Source of the DNA: Tubiluchus corallicola
Taxonomy: Eukaryota > Animalia > Priapulida
Direction: 5' to 3'
Length of the DNA stretch: 64,000 bases
NCBI GenBank assembly: GCA_030141605.1
Contig: JAQGDQ010000019.1
Coordinates: 992,001 to 1,056,000, forward strand
Positions 60,007 through 64,000 of the stretch are shown here, in pieces (the first letter of the stretch is position 1; the number at the start of each line of letters is the position of its first letter). The translations under genes were made by a program, and so were the position numbers. The notes below the pieces were generated by a model. The model saw only the letters and a program-made list of their open reading frames with translations. It made no database searches and had not been told where the DNA came from.

Positions 60007-60492
60007 ATCTTGTTAAACCACTACCAACAGCAGTTATAAATAAAACTATTTCATGAATACAGAAAACAGAATTAAATTACTTTGTGAAGAGATGCAAACC
60101 AAATACTTGTGAGACATCTACAAGATGTGATGGAGGATCTTCAGTTCTTAGAATCACTGCTGTAAACTATACACACTCAAGAACGTGGGTTGGACGAGAG
60201 TCGCGAGGTTTCCACACTATATTTTGAAGGCGTGATAGATAAATTCGCTATTGTCTCAATTTGATGTAATAAGTTGTCCTGTACTATGATTCGATGTTTT
60301 TGTACACCTGTAACAAAAGGTTATGTGTACAACCCTGTTCTTCGAGATCGAGACACTTATTTTGAAGTGTGTTAGGCTTGCTTGTTTTTGACTTGCTTTA
60401 GCTTGTTTTTAACGATATTAAATGTTATGTAGTTTATTACAAGTAGACATGTTTAAACATGGACGGGAGTGAAGTTTTGGAGAGCAAGATAC

Positions 60493-60880
60493 AGTTAGTT
60501 AGTTTGTTTGTTCGTTTGCGTGTTTGTATGTTGGTTCGTTAGTTAGTTAGACGTTCAATTTTCTGTAGTAGTTATTTTGAAATAGTTGTGCGAGCGAGTA
60601 AACGGCAGATGTTGGTGATTTGAAATGGAATGAGATTGCGAAACTATGTTAATAAGATTACTGCTGCTGATTACTGTTTTCTAGCACTTTAAATACAATG
60701 CCTTTTTAATAATATGCATAGTAAATTGATCGCGGGCAGTCATGCTATTTGGTTAATAGCTACTAGCTATATGATTAACTAACTAATTAAGTTAATAAAA
60801 TACTAGCTAGCTAACTAACCAATCAACAAACCAGCCAGCCAATCAGCAAACAACTGACCAACCAACTAACTAACACCAAC
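60493..60880. repeat. Two degenerate tetranucleotide microsatellites in inverted orientation
   Basis: (GTTA/GTTT)-like run at about 60493-60550 and (CTAA/CCAA)-like run at about 60770-60880. Confidence 0.6.
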
Positions 60881-62129
60881 TTTTTAACGACTGACTAGTT
60901 CGCTGGTTTGTTAAGTGACCGGCCAACTGCTGGAGCTTAAATCATTAGCTTGCTAACTTTTTGGATCAACTCAGTGACACGCATGTTGACTGCTTAATTA
61001 ACTCACTATCTTTCTGTTTCACAAAGCCGACACTAAGTTAATGATGGACGCCGTTATTATATTCACTAGTAACAACGACATGGTTGGTTTTGTAAAACTG
61101 GGCCCAGGGCTAACTGATTTACTAACTGATCAGTAAACAAACAACATAATTCACAAACTGACGTACTTAGTTAACATGTCCATAGCTAACAGACTGTTTC
61201 TGAATTTGATTACTTAGCTAAAATGTTATAATTGTAATTGTGCTAACTTTTGCACTTTTCGAGTAATTAAGATTTGCGAACTGCGAGCCGTTTTTAATGG
61301 GGCAAATGACATTAAACTACATGTACAGAATGTAGGTTATTACTTCAAAGTCAAATTTTTCGATCAAGTTCGTTTGCTAGTTGTTGCGCATGTTGGCAAA
61401 ATGGTGTTTTGCAAATTGTTTGAAACTTTAATACTTAACTGAGTGCATAAACCATGCAGCTATAAAAAAAACTATGATTGTGCGCTGTCACTCCCGCCCT
61501 ATCTTTGTACAAAAAACAGCAAATGCCTCTTCAAAAAAGGCAAGCTTTAGCACAGCAATATTATTACTACCCTTTGTACTGTGACCCTATATAAATGAAG
61601 TTTGAAACTTGTCTGCAATACATGATAGCAAAAGAGCTTTATCTGACTTAGTATAAGATTTGCGGCTTGTGCAATTTTGGTGCGTTTTGTATACTCCAGA
61701 AATAATCATGAACGAAAAAGATCTGCTTTATTACGATCCCCGCTACACAGTCAGGTACATTTACGTCTTTCTATTTACAATATGTTTATACATCTGTTAA
61801 AAAATTTTAATTAACTGTATTTTCTGCAGAACCTATTTGTCTGTACCACTAAACGCATGAACTCGAAGATCATACACCTTAGGTCCTTAGCGCCAACACA
61901 GTTCTCGATATTTCTGTCCTGAAATGGGTCCCTGTAAATTTATGCAAGGCCAAGTTTCTTTAGTTTTAAACCGTAGGACCAAAGCCGGCACTAAGTCACA
62001 CGGCACGTACCGTTTTTGCAAATTCTGACATTCTCTTCCCTTTTTTCGTAAATTATTAAAATTCACAAGCGGTATGCATGTAGATGTTATTTTTGCACAG
62101 GCCGAAACCGGTGCCAAATACTTACTCAG

Positions 62130-62765
62130 GTTTGAGTTTAAGTTTAAGTTTATTGCACACGAAATAAAAATGAACAATATGCATTAAACTATATACATAC
62201 AACCATATACATCATATCAAAACAAGCAATACACATTAAAATACGTACACGCAGTCATGCACAAAAAGTAGCATAATAATGAGGGGCGGTGGGGGTAACA
62301 CGAAGAGCAAACATCTCTTACATGTGTCTATTAAAAACTAAGAAAGCATCTAGATCGACATAATTTAATCGCCGTTTAAAAAGGTTTGTATTTCGAGCTT
62401 TTACTAATGGCACATCATTTACAATTCCTGGTACTATTCCAAACCGGAACAACCCATTAAAATGACCAAATATTTTTTAGCAGATCACTTGACATACAGT
62501 TTAAGTGAGCTGTTGCTTCTTGTCCGACTAGACGTAGCTAATGCAAAAAATTGTCTCTGTCAATATTTATATCTTTATGTGTGATTTCATAACACAGTAC
62601 TAAATCTTTATGTAACCTTCTTTCCTCTATGATCTGAGAGATAAAAATTCAATCGTAACGGCTTACGGATGTGACACCTAAGTAATAGAAGCGTCTGGTA
62701 AAATACCTTTGAAGTGATTCAATTTTATCAACATTAGTCAACAACATGGGCTCCACACAGATGAT
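62130..62765 (-). mobile_element. CR1/L2-group LINE 3' end (decayed ORF2 C-terminus, 3'UTR and repeat tail)
   Basis: Minus-strand fragments VWSP, VDKIESLQRYFTRRF, RRLHKDL and FKRRLNYVDL; ends in aataaacttaaacttaaactcaaac. Confidence 0.7.
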
Positions 62766-63722
62766 CAATGTTTTATTATTGTTGTGGGCTATACTCACCT
62801 GCCCAGTCACATTTGCACTTAAAGCCTATACGGAATATACAGCTAACGCGTGTGTTCATGATTTTGCTTTTTGCTTTTTTCTTGCCGTAAAAGATCTTGT
62901 GCAGCTAAAATTCGTTAGTAGTTAATATCTGACTCACCGTTGGGGGTCAATGCACACGGGAGGCTACATGAACAGCTGAAACCATTAAAAATTAATAAAA
63001 ATCGTGCTATGTACTCAGAAAAGTTTTCTAATGTTTTATTATTACACTGTACTATAATTTATTACTGCTGGCTACATGTAGAATATGTCCTGCTAAATCA
63101 AGACAAACGCATTGCGACAAGATATTCCAGACACAGGGATACTGTACAGCAAAAATAGGATTTCGTTGGTTGAGTATGTATGAACGCACAGTAGTATAGT
63201 TAAGTAGTTCAGCTAGGCTAACTTATTTGATTTTTATTTAATTTATTCAAAATTCGTGTTTATGTTAGAATTAGGCACAAGACACTAACATAATTTGCTT
63301 TTGGTGTAAGTAAAAATGTTGTAAAAATTTTGCTTTACAACACAACATGTAAATATCCTTGCGTATAATAATTAAGTCCTCTTTGTAAGGATTTACTAGA
63401 GAAGTTCTTATAGTTTGGTTTGTATCACAATGATACATTTTCCGGGAATCGCTAATGAATAATCGCTAACTTAACATTCACCAGTCTCCGTTTTTTCACG
63501 CTTGTTTATACACTGTAGCGATTTGCTCTGAGTGTTTGTAAGAACGTGTGTTCAAGGTGGGTGGGGGGTAAACGCAGCTTGCCATCTATCTATTCTATTA
63601 ACCTTTGCCGCAACTTCTATACAGTATACAGTGAGTGGTCCATTCCAAATTATCTGAGAATGTACACCAAGATCACACATATTTGCGTACAACAGGCAAC
63701 TCATTTTCTGACAACTTATAAA

Positions 63723-64000
63723 TTATGTAAATTCTGAGTTTTCATATCCAATATGCATAACATTACATTTCGGTATTGCAATTGACAATTGCCACATATT
63801 TGGCCATTGAACCAATGCATCTAGAGCACACTGACTATCAGTGTTTTGATTCCGTGAGCAATTTTGATACAAATTTAACGTCATCTGCAAATAATTTAAC
63901 AGTTGTAGAGTCAACTGTTTCTAGCAAATCATTAACAAACATCAAGAACAATAGAGGACCAAACACACTTCTTTGTGGCACTCCAGAAATTACGTTAACA
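63723..64000 (-). mobile_element. CR1/L2-group LINE reverse-transcriptase fragment (frameshifted, runs off the window)
   Basis: SGVPQRSVFGPLLFLMFVNDL, KLFADDVK and WQLSIAIPKCNVMHIG are RT-region motifs of CR1-like elements. Confidence 0.85.

Overview
AT-rich, intron-rich animal genomic DNA, probably from an invertebrate; it is not prokaryotic. I reconstructed six protein-coding genes by hand from GT-AG splice sites and reading-frame phase. In order they are: a SMAP/C11orf58-like gene (+), a CABLES-like gene with an intronless CDS (-), a TMEM160-like gene (+), two tandem 5-exon paralogues (-) and a 21-coding-exon pyruvate carboxylase (-). The rest is non-autonomous DNA transposons (Tc1/mariner-, hAT-, Kolobok- and Helentron-like), LINE remnants and simple repeats. 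The most unusual observation is the tandem pair at 22.2-31.0 kb. Each gene encodes a signal peptide plus a free-standing copy of what I recognise as the non-catalytic C-terminal domain of some invertebrate and Pseudoalteromonas alpha-amylases, with no catalytic domain and an added Cys-x-Cys tail. All family calls are from remembered motifs, not database searches.
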